Assembly: GCA_035291665.1 (NCBI GenBank)
Contig: DATDRP010000001.1
Location: 66,569 to 130,568 of the forward strand
Origin: Patescibacteria group bacterium
Lineage (GTDB): Bacteria; Patescibacteriota; Microgenomatia; UBA8517
Direction of reading: 5' to 3'
DNA length: 64,000 bases
Part shown: positions 1-9,534 of the stretch, one piece after another
Numbering within the stretch: position 1 is the stretch's first letter
Layout: each line of letters begins with the position of its first letter
Notes under the pieces: model-generated
What the model was told of the DNA's origin: nothing
Seen by the model: the letters and a program-made list of their open reading frames with translations, nothing else
Databases searched by the model: none
Translations under genes and position numbers: made by a program

Positions 1-1
1 A

Positions 2-301
2 ACTTCGGATTTTTTGAAAGAATTAGAAAAATATCTTGAATCCGGGGTGGTGGATTATTGTTTGGTTAATAAAAGTAAAACGATTCCGAAAAACATTCTT
101 TCACGGTATAAAAGTGAAAAGGCTTATCCTGTGGAAGATGATTTACGAAACGGAAATGGTGTAAAAGTTATCCGGGCAAACCTTATTTCAAAAAAAGTTT
201 ATGAAAAACCCGAAAGCGACAAACTTATGCGAAGCCTGATCCGCCACGACCCGGACAAGTTAGCTTCCAAAATTGTTAATCTAATTGAAGGTAGTGATTA
301 A
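2..301 (+). CDS. YvcK/UPF0052 (GlmR-like) protein, C-terminal part (runs in from window start)
   Basis: Open frame from position 2; C-terminal IRHDPDKLA motif typical of the YvcK family. Confidence 0.7.
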   Translation, partial: TSDFLKELEKYLESGVVDYCLVNKSKTIPKNILSRYKSEKAYPVEDDLRNGNGVKVIRANLISKKVYEKPESDKLMRSLIRHDPDKLASKIVNLIEGSD

Positions 302-395
302 TACTGACCTACAAAACTCCCAACTACTGGGTGGGCACGGAAACACAATTTAGCCGCTTGTTCTTCTGGTATATGGATTTTATACTTAGACTGAT

Positions 396-716
396 ATGGA
401 TGATTGTATTTTTTGTAAAATTGTAACAGGAGAAACAGATACAAATGTTGAAATGGAGAATGATAGAGTGGTTCTTATCAAAGAAGCCAGACCTCTTGCC
501 CCTGTACATTATCTGATAATTCCGAAAGATCATATTAAAGATGTAACGGAATTGGAAACATATGTTTGGGAAGATGTACGGAAAATGATAACAAACATCT
601 CGACGAAGTTGAAGCTGGACGGTTTTCGTTTAACGACATACGCAGGGAGTGCAGAACTTGTTAACCATTTATCCTTTCATTTGTTATCCGGGGTTAATGA
701 CATTGAAAAAAAATAA
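396..716 (+). CDS. HIT family protein (degenerate triad HLSFH)
   Basis: DCIFCKIV start, P-x-APVHYLIIPKxH, C-terminal HLSFHLL. Confidence 0.85.
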   Translation: MDDCIFCKIVTGETDTNVEMENDRVVLIKEARPLAPVHYLIIPKDHIKDVTELETYVWEDVRKMITNISTKLKLDGFRLTTYAGSAELVNHLSFHLLSGVNDIEKK

Positions 717-717
717 C

Positions 718-1116
718 ATGGATTGTATTTTTTGTAAAATAGTTAAGGGTGAAGTGCCATCATACAAAGTTTATGAAAATGAAAAATTCATATCTTTTTT
801 GGATATCAAACCCCTGACAAAAGGCAATTGTCTGGTGGTTCCAAAGGATCATTACAGGTGGACTTATGACGTTCCTGAATTTGGAGAGTATTTTGAAATT
901 GCAAAAAAAGTGGGTCTTGCGGTGCAAAAAGCTTTTGACGCGGAATGGCTTTGTTTTTTAACTTTGGGATGGGAAGTTCCGCATGCGCACATTAGAGTAA
1001 TTCCAAGATACAAAAATGACCTTCATGGAACAGTGATCGATACAGAAAAATTTGAATTTTTCACCGAAAATGAAATGAAAGAAATTGTGGAGAAAATTAA
1101 ACAAAATATTAAATAG
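718..1116 (+). CDS. HIT family protein (triad HAHIR)
   Basis: ATG at 718; DCIFCKIVKGEVPSYKVYE, FLDIKP, VPHAHIRVIPR. Confidence 0.88.
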   Translation: MDCIFCKIVKGEVPSYKVYENEKFISFLDIKPLTKGNCLVVPKDHYRWTYDVPEFGEYFEIAKKVGLAVQKAFDAEWLCFLTLGWEVPHAHIRVIPRYKNDLHGTVIDTEKFEFFTENEMKEIVEKIKQNIK

Positions 1117-1142
1117 AATTAGTATTTTTGTAAAATATTTTT

Positions 1143-1604
1143 ATGATAAAAGGTACAATTAACAATCAAATTGCGGATGCATTAAGGGCTAAGGATGAGC
1201 TTCGGTTGACAACTCTTAGGATGTTATCTTCATCTCTTAATTATGAATTTATTGCAAAACAGCACGAACTCTCTGAAGAAGAAGAGTTAGCGGTAGTCCG
1301 AAGAGAAGTTAAAAAAAGACGCGATACGGTTGAAGAGTATAAAAAGCTTATTGAAAAAGATCCAGCAAATGTTCAGTCCAAGATTGATAAAGAGGAAGCT
1401 GAACTCAAAATCCTTCTGGAATATTTACCGACGGAGATGGGTGAGGATGAACTTAGGAAGATTGTTGATGAGGTAATTTCAGAAACAGGAGCCAGCGAGA
1501 TGCGTGATATGGGTCGTGTCATTGGACTTGTTTTGGAAAAAACCAAAGGAGCAGCGGATGGAAGGAAAATATCGGAATTAGCTAAAGAAAAACTTTTAAA
1601 GTAG
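1143..1604 (+). CDS. yqeY: GatB/YqeY domain protein
   Basis: ALRAKDELRLTTLRML, REVKKRRD, YLPTEM, DMGRVIG, ADG motifs. Confidence 0.88.
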   Translation: MIKGTINNQIADALRAKDELRLTTLRMLSSSLNYEFIAKQHELSEEEELAVVRREVKKRRDTVEEYKKLIEKDPANVQSKIDKEEAELKILLEYLPTEMGEDELRKIVDEVISETGASEMRDMGRVIGLVLEKTKGAADGRKISELAKEKLLK

Positions 1605-1734
1605 TACTATAAAACTTCTTCTAATAAGTGTACTTTTATAGCAGAACACAAGAATACACCGAGCGTGAGCTCGTGGGATGAATTGGATTCTGATATGTCT
1701 CCTCCTTTAAAGGAAACCCCATTCGTAAGAATGA

Positions 1735-1829
1735 GGAGGATGTCATAACAGCATTCAAGAAAACCACCGAGTCTGATCGAGTCAAACTCGACAACCAAGT
1801 CAGACTTGGCTCGGGGGAGGATGTCATAA
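1735..1829. repeat. 14-bp direct repeats (GGAGGATGTCATAA) flanking a cluster of short palindromes
   Basis: Copies at 1735-1748 and 1816-1829; palindromes TCGAGT-CAA-ACTCGA (1777-1791) and CCAAGTC-A-GACTTGG (1795-1809). Confidence 0.7.
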
Positions 1830-1831
1830 TT

Positions 1832-2236
1832 ATGAAAGGAGCATTGATGAAGCTTGAAGTCAGATTAAGTAAGAGCGCTGATTATTTGATTCCCCGGAAT
1901 GATTTGATTGAATCCGTTAAAAACGAGTTAATCAGACTGGGTTTGAAAAATAATGCTGAAGTAAATATAAGTTTTGTGGATGAAAAGACAATGGTTGGGA
2001 TTGCCGAGCTGTATCTTAATGAAAAGAACAAGGTTCACAATGTTCTTTCATTCCCCTCAACTGAAGTGAAAGCGCCTTTTGAATATCCGGAAGGGGTGTC
2101 ACAACTCGGCGACATTGTGATATGTTATAAAAAGGCGGTTGAGGAGTCGCGTCTCGAAGGGGTTGCCATAAAGAAAAAATTAATCGACCTGGCAACGCAT
2201 GGCGCCAGGCACTTGATGGGGAAACACCATAAATGA
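1832..2236 (+). CDS. ybeY: rRNA maturation endoribonuclease YbeY
   Basis: NVLSFP, LGDIVIC, HGARHLMGxH metal-binding motif. Confidence 0.88.
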   Translation: MKGALMKLEVRLSKSADYLIPRNDLIESVKNELIRLGLKNNAEVNISFVDEKTMVGIAELYLNEKNKVHNVLSFPSTEVKAPFEYPEGVSQLGDIVICYKKAVEESRLEGVAIKKKLIDLATHGARHLMGKHHK

Positions 2237-2246
2237 ATTAATTCAT

Positions 2247-2400
2247 AGAGAAAAGTACAAAGCGAAAAGATAAAAGAAGAAATAGATTGTAACCAAAAGG
2301 AAAAGAGACAACAGAAAGTGGTAACAAGCGACAAGTTATACGTAATACGGGAAACGAGATACGAAAAACAATAAACTAGTTAACTAAGTAACTATCTAAC
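2247..2400. repeat. Degenerate 7-mer/8-mer tandem repeat tract
   Basis: agagaaa agtacaa agcgaaa agataaa agaagaa; tacgtaa tacggga aacgaga tacgaaa; aactagtt aactaagt aactatct. Confidence 0.65.
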
Positions 2401-2406
2401 AAAACT

Positions 2407-4086
2407 GTGACTACTTTATATTTAAAATACAGACCCCAGAATTTGGATGATTTGGATTTGGAAAACGTCCGAAATACTCTTAAGAATATGGTCAAATCCG
2501 GATCAATTCCCCATGCCCTTTTATTTTGCGGACCAAGGGGGTCAGGTAAAACTTCTGCCGCAAGGATTTTGGCAAAGATTGTTAACTGCGAATCAAAAGA
2601 TGTAAAAAAAAGAGGTAAAGGACTTGAAAATCCCTGTAACGAATGCGAACAATGCAAATCAATTACTCAAGGAACGAATATTGATGTTATCGAACTGGAT
2701 GCTGCATCACACAGGGGTATCGATGATGTTCGCACGCTTCGTGATGCTGTGAAACTATCTCCGGCTAAAGCCAATAAGAAGGTGTACATAATTGACGAAG
2801 CCCACATGCTTACGACGGAAGCATCAAACGCCCTTCTTAAAACACTTGAGGAACCCCCGTCCCACGTTATATTTATTTTGGCAACGACCAATCCCGAAAA
2901 GTTAATTGAAACAATTAGGTCGCGAACTGCCATCGTTAATTTTACGAAGGCGAAAATAGAGGAATTAGTCGGATCGCTACAGCAGGTTATTGATAAAGAG
3001 AAAATAAAAGCGAGCAGCGAGGTTTTGCAAACAGTTGCCGAATACTCAGACGGCTCATTCCGGGATGCCAAGAAAATTTTGGAACAGCTTGTGAACGAGG
3101 GTATTATTATTGATCCGGAAAAGGTCATTGAGTATCTCACTAACAATATCAAATTCAATTTGGTTAAGTTTTTTGAGAATTTATCGGAAAGAAATATTAA
3201 AAACGCAATCAACCAAATAGAAGTCGCACTCAACTCAGGCATGCAAGTTTCAAGTATCACCGATAAAGTCATGCAGCGTCTTCATGGTGCACTGCTGTCT
3301 GAAAACGGTTTGGGAGGAGAGAAAATACCCGGTTTTGAAGTAAAAGAAATAATATCTCTTATCAATAGAATAGCTGAAAAACTGGTGTATCAATCATATG
3401 CAGTTGTTGAACAGCTACCTTTGGAATTAGCGATTTCTGAATGGGGAAGGGTAAAAGTGAATGGCGAAAAGTCAAATGTGAATAATGGGAATGGGGAAAA
3501 CAACAATAAGGCAAATGGAAAGCCAAAAGTTAGTGAAGAATTACGAGATACTTCTGAAGACGAAACAGCGGTTAGTAAGAGTAAAAAAAAAGCAGTAATT
3601 GAGAACCCCGGTTTGGAGAATTTCGAAGGAGACGAATTTGGAGATGATTTGTGGACCAGAGTATTGACTTTGGTGCGACCCAAAAATCCTTCCACGGAAG
3701 CTTTATTGCGTGCCGCGAAACCGATGAAAATAAGCGATCAAAGCTTATTTTTGGGAGTTTATTACAGCTTCCACAAAGAGAAGCTTGAAAGCATTCAGCA
3801 TAAAAGTCTTCTTGAGGAAACATTGGAAAATATTTTGGGTAAAAAAATCAAAGTACAATGCTATTTGACTGATCCTCCTTTACGAAAAACGGCCGATGAT
3901 TTCAAAGCTCCGGAGTATATCAGAAAATCTCCAAAAACCGGAATTACTACTAATGGGAATAACGGCAACTCCGGCTACAATTTCAAAGAACCGGGAAATG
4001 GAAAACCAGATGATCATGAAGTGCTTTTGACCGAGCCGGACGATGAAGATATAATTAAACTCGCCGAAGAAATATTCGGTAAGTAA
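2407..4086 (+). CDS. dnaX: DNA polymerase III subunit gamma/tau
   Basis: LYLKYRPQ, Walker A GPRGSGKT, Zn cluster, ELDAAS, IIDEAHML, NALLKTLEEPP. Confidence 0.97.
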   Translation: MTTLYLKYRPQNLDDLDLENVRNTLKNMVKSGSIPHALLFCGPRGSGKTSAARILAKIVNCESKDVKKRGKGLENPCNECEQCKSITQGTNIDVIELDAASHRGIDDVRTLRDAVKLSPAKANKKVYIIDEAHMLTTEASNALLKTLEEPPSHVIFILATTNPEKLIETIRSRTAIVNFTKAKIEELVGSLQQVIDKEKIKASSEVLQTVAEYSDGSFRDAKKILEQLVNEGIIIDPEKVIEYLTNNIKFNLVKFFENLSERNIKNAINQIEVALNSGMQVSSITDKVMQRLHGALLSENGLGGEKIPGFEVKEIISLINRIAEKLVYQSYAVVEQLPLELAISEWGRVKVNGEKSNVNNGNGENNNKANGKPKVSEELRDTSEDETAVSKSKKKAVIENPGLENFEGDEFGDDLWTRVLTLVRPKNPSTEALLRAAKPMKISDQSLFLGVYYSFHKEKLESIQHKSLLEETLENILGKKIKVQCYLTDPPLRKTADDFKAPEYIRKSPKTGITTNGNNGNSGYNFKEPGNGKPDDHEVLLTEPDDEDIIKLAEEIFGK

Positions 4087-4133
4087 AGGAGGTGACTTTA
4101 TTAGCAGTTAGCTTTACGCTACAGACTAAAAAT

Positions 4134-4424
4134 ATGTTTGACAAGGTTAAACAAGCACAGCAATTACTCAAGATGCGTCAGCAGGCTATGCAGCTCAAGA
4201 AAAAGTTGGAAGAACTTCACCACACAGAAGATGCTGGTGATAACAGCGTGACGATAAACGGAGCGCAAGAAGTAACGAAGATTGTCGTAGATGGTGAAGA
4301 AAGGAAAGATGTATTGGACTTGATAAACAAAGCAAATAAAAATATTCAAAAAGAAGCAGCAAAAAAAATGATGCAGGAAGGTGGAGGATTGTCAGGTCTT
4401 CTTGGAGGAATGGGTGGAATGTAG
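4134..4424 (+). CDS. ybaB: YbaB/EbfC family nucleoid-associated protein
   Basis: Lies between dnaX and recR; Q/M-rich helix, VTING, Gly-rich tail; ATG at 4134. Confidence 0.8.
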   Translation: MFDKVKQAQQLLKMRQQAMQLKKKLEELHHTEDAGDNSVTINGAQEVTKIVVDGEERKDVLDLINKANKNIQKEAAKKMMQEGGGLSGLLGGMGGM

Positions 4425-4919
4425 GCCACGAATTTTCTTCGAATTAAGCTAAAAACTCTGCGAATTAAGGATGGTTTAAAGCGTCTGATAGTGATTATTT
4501 TTTCCTGTGTTTAATGTATGGTAATTTCCTAAAGAGGTTTCACTTCATCATCAATGTTCATTCCCTGGGTTTTCAATGTACATTTTCTTCTTGACAATAA
4601 AGACTCGGACCAAGATTTAGCTTTTCCTGTTTCACCACGATTGGGTGTGTCTGGATGTACGCTTTGATTTCAGTATCTTAAGCTGGAATATACTTTATAC
4701 TTGCAACAAAATCAAGCTACTACGAAAATACAAAATATTTATGCCGATGTAAACAATTTATTATGTATATAATGTGTGACTTGTTACGTATTTTTTCGGT
4801 AATATATAACGATTTATGCCTAACTCATGTCACATATAATGATATATGTTACATGATATAGTGTTAAAAAAGCTTTAACGGTCAATAATTATTGTAAAAA
4901 AATATAATTTAAAACCAGA

Positions 4920-5210
4920 TTATGAAGTAGATATTGTTGTTTTTACTCCTTTTGCGACAACCGATGTGAATTTGCCATCATCTGCTGTTGCATTAAGTGT
5001 GAAAATATCTGGCATTGTAATTATTATCGAATGATTATTGAAATTATCGGAGTATTTTTCTTTAAGGTATGTTTCAACATCAGATTGAGCATAAGTTTCA
5101 GCTATAGTACAACCATCGCCTACAAAATCGTATGGTTTTCCACATTTTTGAGAAAAAGAACAACCCCAAGTTTTCTTCAGGTGACAATAATTTAATATTT
5201 TTTCGGCCAT
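4920..5210 (-). CDS. Small Cys-rich hypothetical protein
   Basis: 96-aa ORF with 4 Cys, inserted in opposite orientation between ybaB and recR. Confidence 0.55.
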   Translation of the reverse strand: MAEKILNYCHLKKTWGCSFSQKCGKPYDFVGDGCTIAETYAQSDVETYLKEKYSDNFNNHSIIITMPDIFTLNATADDGKFTSVVAKGVKTTISTS

Positions 5211-5340
5211 ATTTTATGTGAACTTAATCAGGATATACTAACATAGTATTTTCTTATAAGCAATTTATACATTTTCGTGTACGTAACACAATGTAAGGTA
5301 AGTATTTCAAGTCAAGATAATTTTGTTAGAATTAGTAGTT

Positions 5341-5949
5341 ATGAAAATTCCCAGAGTTATAACCGATCTTACTGAATCATTTCAAAAGCTTCCCGGAATT
5401 GGTCCGAAAACAGCACAACGCCTGACATATTATCTTTTGCATGTTCCCCAGGAGCAATTGGCAGAATTTGCCGGTTCTTTATTAAAACTTAAGAAAAACT
5501 CTCTTCTTTGCAGTATTTGTAAAAACGTAACCGAGGAGGATCCTTGTGAAATCTGCTCAGATATTAAACGTGATAAAACGATAATGCTTGTTGTTGAACA
5601 ACCTTTGGACGTTTTGGCGATAGATAAAACGTCCAAATTTAACGGTTTATATCATGTGCTTCACGGTTCAATTAATCCGCTTGAAAATATCGGACCTGAT
5701 GAGATATTCATTCCGCAGCTTTTAGACCGGATAAAACTTAATACGGATAATTTGAATGAAATAATAATCGCTACGAATCCAACGATGGAGGGTGATGCAA
5801 CGGCAATGTACCTTAGCAAGAAGATAAAAGAGAAAAGTGAAAAGATGAAAGTTACAAGGCTGGGGATGGGAATTCCGACGGGGGCTGATCTTGAATATGC
5901 TGATGAAGTAACACTAACTCAAGCAATTGAAGGAAGAAGGGAAATGTGA
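5341..5949 (+). CDS. recR: Recombination mediator RecR
   Basis: LPGIGPKTAQR HhH, C4 Zn finger, YHVLHG, ATNPTMEGDATA Toprim, LEYAD. Confidence 0.97.
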   Translation: MKIPRVITDLTESFQKLPGIGPKTAQRLTYYLLHVPQEQLAEFAGSLLKLKKNSLLCSICKNVTEEDPCEICSDIKRDKTIMLVVEQPLDVLAIDKTSKFNGLYHVLHGSINPLENIGPDEIFIPQLLDRIKLNTDNLNEIIIATNPTMEGDATAMYLSKKIKEKSEKMKVTRLGMGIPTGADLEYADEVTLTQAIEGRREM

Positions 5950-6046
5950 GATTGGGTTTTGGAAGGCAGGTAGTAGGTTGTAGGGAATAGGAGATTAGAA
6001 GTTAGTGAAAATTCGTGTTCTGAATTCGTAATTAATAAGTGATCCT

Positions 6047-6490
6047 ATGAATATTTTTAAGAACAAGACGAAAGATTTTTTCAGTTTATTGAAAAAACAA
6101 GTAAAAGAAGAATCCGGAGAGATGGTGAAGCATACTTCATCACAAATCACAGGTGAAGATACGCATATCACCGACGTTAACCAGCCGTCAGAGGTTGCGG
6201 AGGCAATGCAGTCGGATAAACCCGATCTTACGGACGAGGAAGAAGTTGCGCTTCAAAGAAAACATATCGAAAGAGTCAAGGCAAATGAAGACGAGCTTGC
6301 CAAATACCGTAAAATTCGGGAACAGCTTACGGAGCAAAGGAATCAGGAGTTTGATAAAAAAATGGGAAAAATTATCGAACCCGGTGCGCCTATGGAAAAA
6401 CCATTTGTTGTCCCCAAAAGCAAACCTTCAAGAAGAATGGGTTCCGGTCAGAAAGGATCGAGTGTAGAGATGAGGAAGAGTAAACAATAA
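6047..6490 (+). CDS. Hypothetical protein
   Basis: 147-aa charged ORF, co-oriented, no recognisable motif. Confidence 0.6.
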   Translation: MNIFKNKTKDFFSLLKKQVKEESGEMVKHTSSQITGEDTHITDVNQPSEVAEAMQSDKPDLTDEEEVALQRKHIERVKANEDELAKYRKIREQLTEQRNQEFDKKMGKIIEPGAPMEKPFVVPKSKPSRRMGSGQKGSSVEMRKSKQ

Positions 6491-6495
6491 TAATT

Positions 6496-6590
6496 AGCGA
6501 AAAGAGAAAAGGGAAAAGAGAAAATTAGTTAATAGTTAAAAGAGAAAAGCGAAAAGAAGTAGAAGATAGGTACTAGGAAATAGGCAATAA
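6496..6590. repeat. Degenerate heptamer tandem tract (AG-N-(G/T)-AAA)
   Basis: agcgaaa agagaaa agggaaa agagaaa ... agttaat agttaaa agagaaa agcgaaa ... aggtact aggaaat aggcaat. Confidence 0.7.
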
Positions 6591-6646
6591 GGATAAGAGG
6601 TAAATTCTTCTTTGCCTGAAGATAGCCCTGATGTAGAATAGCAATT

Positions 6647-8065
6647 ATGGAAACCGTTAAGCTTTACAATACCCTCACACGAAAGAAAGAGGTTTTAAAA
6701 ACGATCAGAGAGAATGAAGTTGGTATTTATTCCTGCGGACCCACAGTATATTGGAACCAGCATATCGGCAACATGTATGCATTTATTCAGTGGGATTTAC
6801 TTGTCCGATCCTTAAAATTCCTAGGGATGAAGGTTAAATGGGTGATGAACATAACCGACGTCGGGCACATGTCCGGAGACAATGAAGGTAATGCCGATAC
6901 CGGTGAAGACCGTATGGAAAAAGGAGCAAAGAGAGAAGGTCTTACGGTTTGGGAAGTGGCAGATAAATATATCAAACAGTTCACTAATAGTTTACATCTT
7001 CTGAATGTCAAAGATCCGGACATACTTTGCCGGGCAACTGAACACATAAACGAACAAATTGATCTGATAAAAAAGATCGAAGCCAATGGATATACTTACA
7101 AAACAAATAAAGGGTTGGTTTTTGATACGGCAAAGTTCACCGATTATGCAAAGTTCGCAAACCTTGATCTTACAAAACAGAAAAAAAGAGAAGATGTCGA
7201 AGATGATCCGGAAAAAAAGAATCCTTGGGATTTCTTCCTGTGGGTGACCGGCAATAAAAATCATATTATGCAGTGGGACAGTCCTTGGGGAAAAGGATAT
7301 CCCGGCTGGCACATTGAATGTACGGCGATGTCGACAAAGTACCTGGGAGATAATTTTGATATCCATACCGGCGGCATTGAGCATATCGGAATTCACCACA
7401 CTAATGAAATAGCGCAGGGTTTCGGAGCATTCGGCAAGAGTACCGCAAATTACTGGCTTCATAACGCCTGGCTTTTGGGTAAAAAAGGAGAAAAGCTCAG
7501 TAAGAGTTTAGGAAATATTGTCACGGTTCAGGAACTCATCGAAAAAGGTTATGATCCGATTGCCTTTAGATATTTAGTCTTAAATTCCCACTACCGGAAG
7601 GGTTTGAATTTTTCATTTGAAGCTCTTGATGCGGCAAATGAGGCACTAATAAATTTACGAAATATAAAAGTAGGCTTAAAGAACAGCAATATTAGAACGA
7701 ATTTATCCGATGAAAAACTTTCCAAAGCAGAGGAATTTCAAACTGAATTTCGAAAAGCACTTTGTGAAGACCTGAATATACCCAATGCTTTGGCGGTTTT
7801 ATGGAAAACTTTAAAAAGCAATATTCCTTCAGAAGATAAATATGATTTAGTTACAACATTTGATGAAGTCTTCGGACTGGGTTTGGAATCTTATACACCG
7901 GAAAAAGTGGAGCTAACAGATGTTGTAAAGAAGTTGGTTGAAGAAAGAGAAGTATATCGGAAAAATAAAGATTTCGAAAAAGCTGATAATATACGATTGG
8001 AACTGGATAAAAAAGGCTACATAGTTGAAGACCTACCAGGTGGGCAAAAAGTAAGAAAAAAGTAA
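6647..8065 (+). CDS. cysS: Cysteine--tRNA ligase
   Basis: [40 protein letters not shown]. Confidence 0.97.
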   Translation: METVKLYNTLTRKKEVLKTIRENEVGIYSCGPTVYWNQHIGNMYAFIQWDLLVRSLKFLGMKVKWVMNITDVGHMSGDNEGNADTGEDRMEKGAKREGLTVWEVADKYIKQFTNSLHLLNVKDPDILCRATEHINEQIDLIKKIEANGYTYKTNKGLVFDTAKFTDYAKFANLDLTKQKKREDVEDDPEKKNPWDFFLWVTGNKNHIMQWDSPWGKGYPGWHIECTAMSTKYLGDNFDIHTGGIEHIGIHHTNEIAQGFGAFGKSTANYWLHNAWLLGKKGEKLSKSLGNIVTVQELIEKGYDPIAFRYLVLNSHYRKGLNFSFEALDAANEALINLRNIKVGLKNSNIRTNLSDEKLSKAEEFQTEFRKALCEDLNIPNALAVLWKTLKSNIPSEDKYDLVTTFDEVFGLGLESYTPEKVELTDVVKKLVEEREVYRKNKDFEKADNIRLELDKKGYIVEDLPGGQKVRKK

Positions 8066-8114
8066 GTGTTTCTTTGCTATGGCTTCGGGGTGTCATGATA
8101 TTGTAATATTAAAA

Positions 8115-8951
8115 ATGATGAAAAAGATTTTTCTTTTGGCAGTTTTATTCTTCATCTTTTTTGGAAATGTCGCGTACGCTCAAAATACAACAAGAGCTGA
8201 ATTTTCAATTCTTTACAACGCCTACAGAAAAAAATATGACGAATACCTTGTTGCCCATGATGAATATACGCTTGCCAGAAGCCAGTATGAAAAATTTGAC
8301 ACGCTGACTTCCCGGGAGAAAGCTCAGGTAGAAACTGCAAAAATGCTGATCAAACGGGATGAGGTCATGGTTTTGTATTTCACCGCTTTGAAAGCGCGTT
8401 TGGATGACACATCACTGGAGATGGATGAAGCACGGAAAAATGAACTAAAGAGCCTTATTGATACTGAAATACAATGGTATAACGAGCATAAATCAAGAAT
8501 AAAGACTAATCAAACCCTCAAAGAACTTGTAATTATTTCCAACGAAGGACAGGATCATTACTATGGAAATGATAATACGATTTACTTAAGTTTATTTGAA
8601 ATTTCGAGAGCCAGAATGACCCGTTACGACAATAGATTTGATGAGCTTTTCTTAAGGCTAACGAGCTTGACCGAAACGATCAAGGCTGAAAAAAGAGATG
8701 AGTATAAATTAAGCGATTCGAAGATTGAGCGGATAGACAGGTGGATAGGTGAGGTTAATAACAAGGAAGCGGAATATAACTTGACTATGGAAGAGGCAGT
8801 AAAGTTAACTCCCGAGCAGGGAGATCGAAATAGAAGCAAGAATCTTTATAACGCCGCGCTTGAGAGTATGGAAGAGGCGTTGGCAATTTTAAAACAACGA
8901 ATCTCGTTTGTGAACGAAGTTATCCGTGAAATAAAAATATCAGAAAAATGA
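8115..8951 (+). CDS. Secreted coiled-coil hypothetical protein
   Basis: Signal peptide MMKKIFLLAVLFF...AYA, helical heptad-rich body. Confidence 0.7.
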   Translation: MMKKIFLLAVLFFIFFGNVAYAQNTTRAEFSILYNAYRKKYDEYLVAHDEYTLARSQYEKFDTLTSREKAQVETAKMLIKRDEVMVLYFTALKARLDDTSLEMDEARKNELKSLIDTEIQWYNEHKSRIKTNQTLKELVIISNEGQDHYYGNDNTIYLSLFEISRARMTRYDNRFDELFLRLTSLTETIKAEKRDEYKLSDSKIERIDRWIGEVNNKEAEYNLTMEEAVKLTPEQGDRNRSKNLYNAALESMEEALAILKQRISFVNEVIREIKISEK

Positions 8952-9517
8952 AGCTAAAAAAGAATTATCAGGATATTCAGGGGCCAAAAGTGTCAGCTGA
9001 TCCATCATTGGAAGGTAATCCTTCAGGACGGGACGTAAAAAAAGAAATATCGGGAAAAATAACTTCCAGGATAAAAGAATTATTCGGTGGAAAAAAAGAA
9101 GGTACTACGGCGGGAACAGAAAAAGAGGCTGAAGGTCAAAAGTATTATCAGGGGCAACAAACAGAAAAATTATTTGATCCGAAAGATTTGTTTACTAACA
9201 TGTCTCCCCAAAAGGCAATTAAGCTGGTGGGGTTAGCTATTATTGTTATAGTAATAGTAGGTGCCATATATGTCCGATTTATACGTACAACTCCGATCAG
9301 AAATGAAACAACAATTGTAACCCCGCCAACACCCACATATTCGCCATATCAGAAGTTTGAACCGTCAATTTATGCATCGGACCCCGAATTCAAAAGCATT
9401 GAAGAAGCTATGAATGTCCTGACTCAAGAAGCAACAACTACACCCCTGAAAGAAACTACTCTTGAACCCCCCAATTTGGACTACAAAATAGAATTTAAGG
9501 GTATTGAAGTAGATTGA
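8948..9517 (+). CDS. Single-pass membrane hypothetical protein
   Basis: Central hydrophobic helix followed by P/T-rich linker; ATGA overlap with upstream gene. Confidence 0.7.
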   Translation: MKLKKNYQDIQGPKVSADPSLEGNPSGRDVKKEISGKITSRIKELFGGKKEGTTAGTEKEAEGQKYYQGQQTEKLFDPKDLFTNMSPQKAIKLVGLAIIVIVIVGAIYVRFIRTTPIRNETTIVTPPTPTYSPYQKFEPSIYASDPEFKSIEEAMNVLTQEATTTPLKETTLEPPNLDYKIEFKGIEVD

Positions 9518-9534
9518 TTGGCTACATTTAAATT

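Noticed and set aside
1607-1827. Two 63-aa minus-strand ORFs
   Set aside because: They overlap the palindromic repeat cluster and lack protein features; likely spurious
2237-2406. SRP RNA (ffs) upstream of dnaX
   Set aside because: The region is low-complexity and A-rich, with no GC-rich hairpin or SRP loop motif
2667-3272. Long antisense ORFs (e.g. 2667-3272, 6992-7462, 47020-47577, 63520-63930)
   Set aside because: They shadow well-supported genes on the opposite strand and carry no motifs
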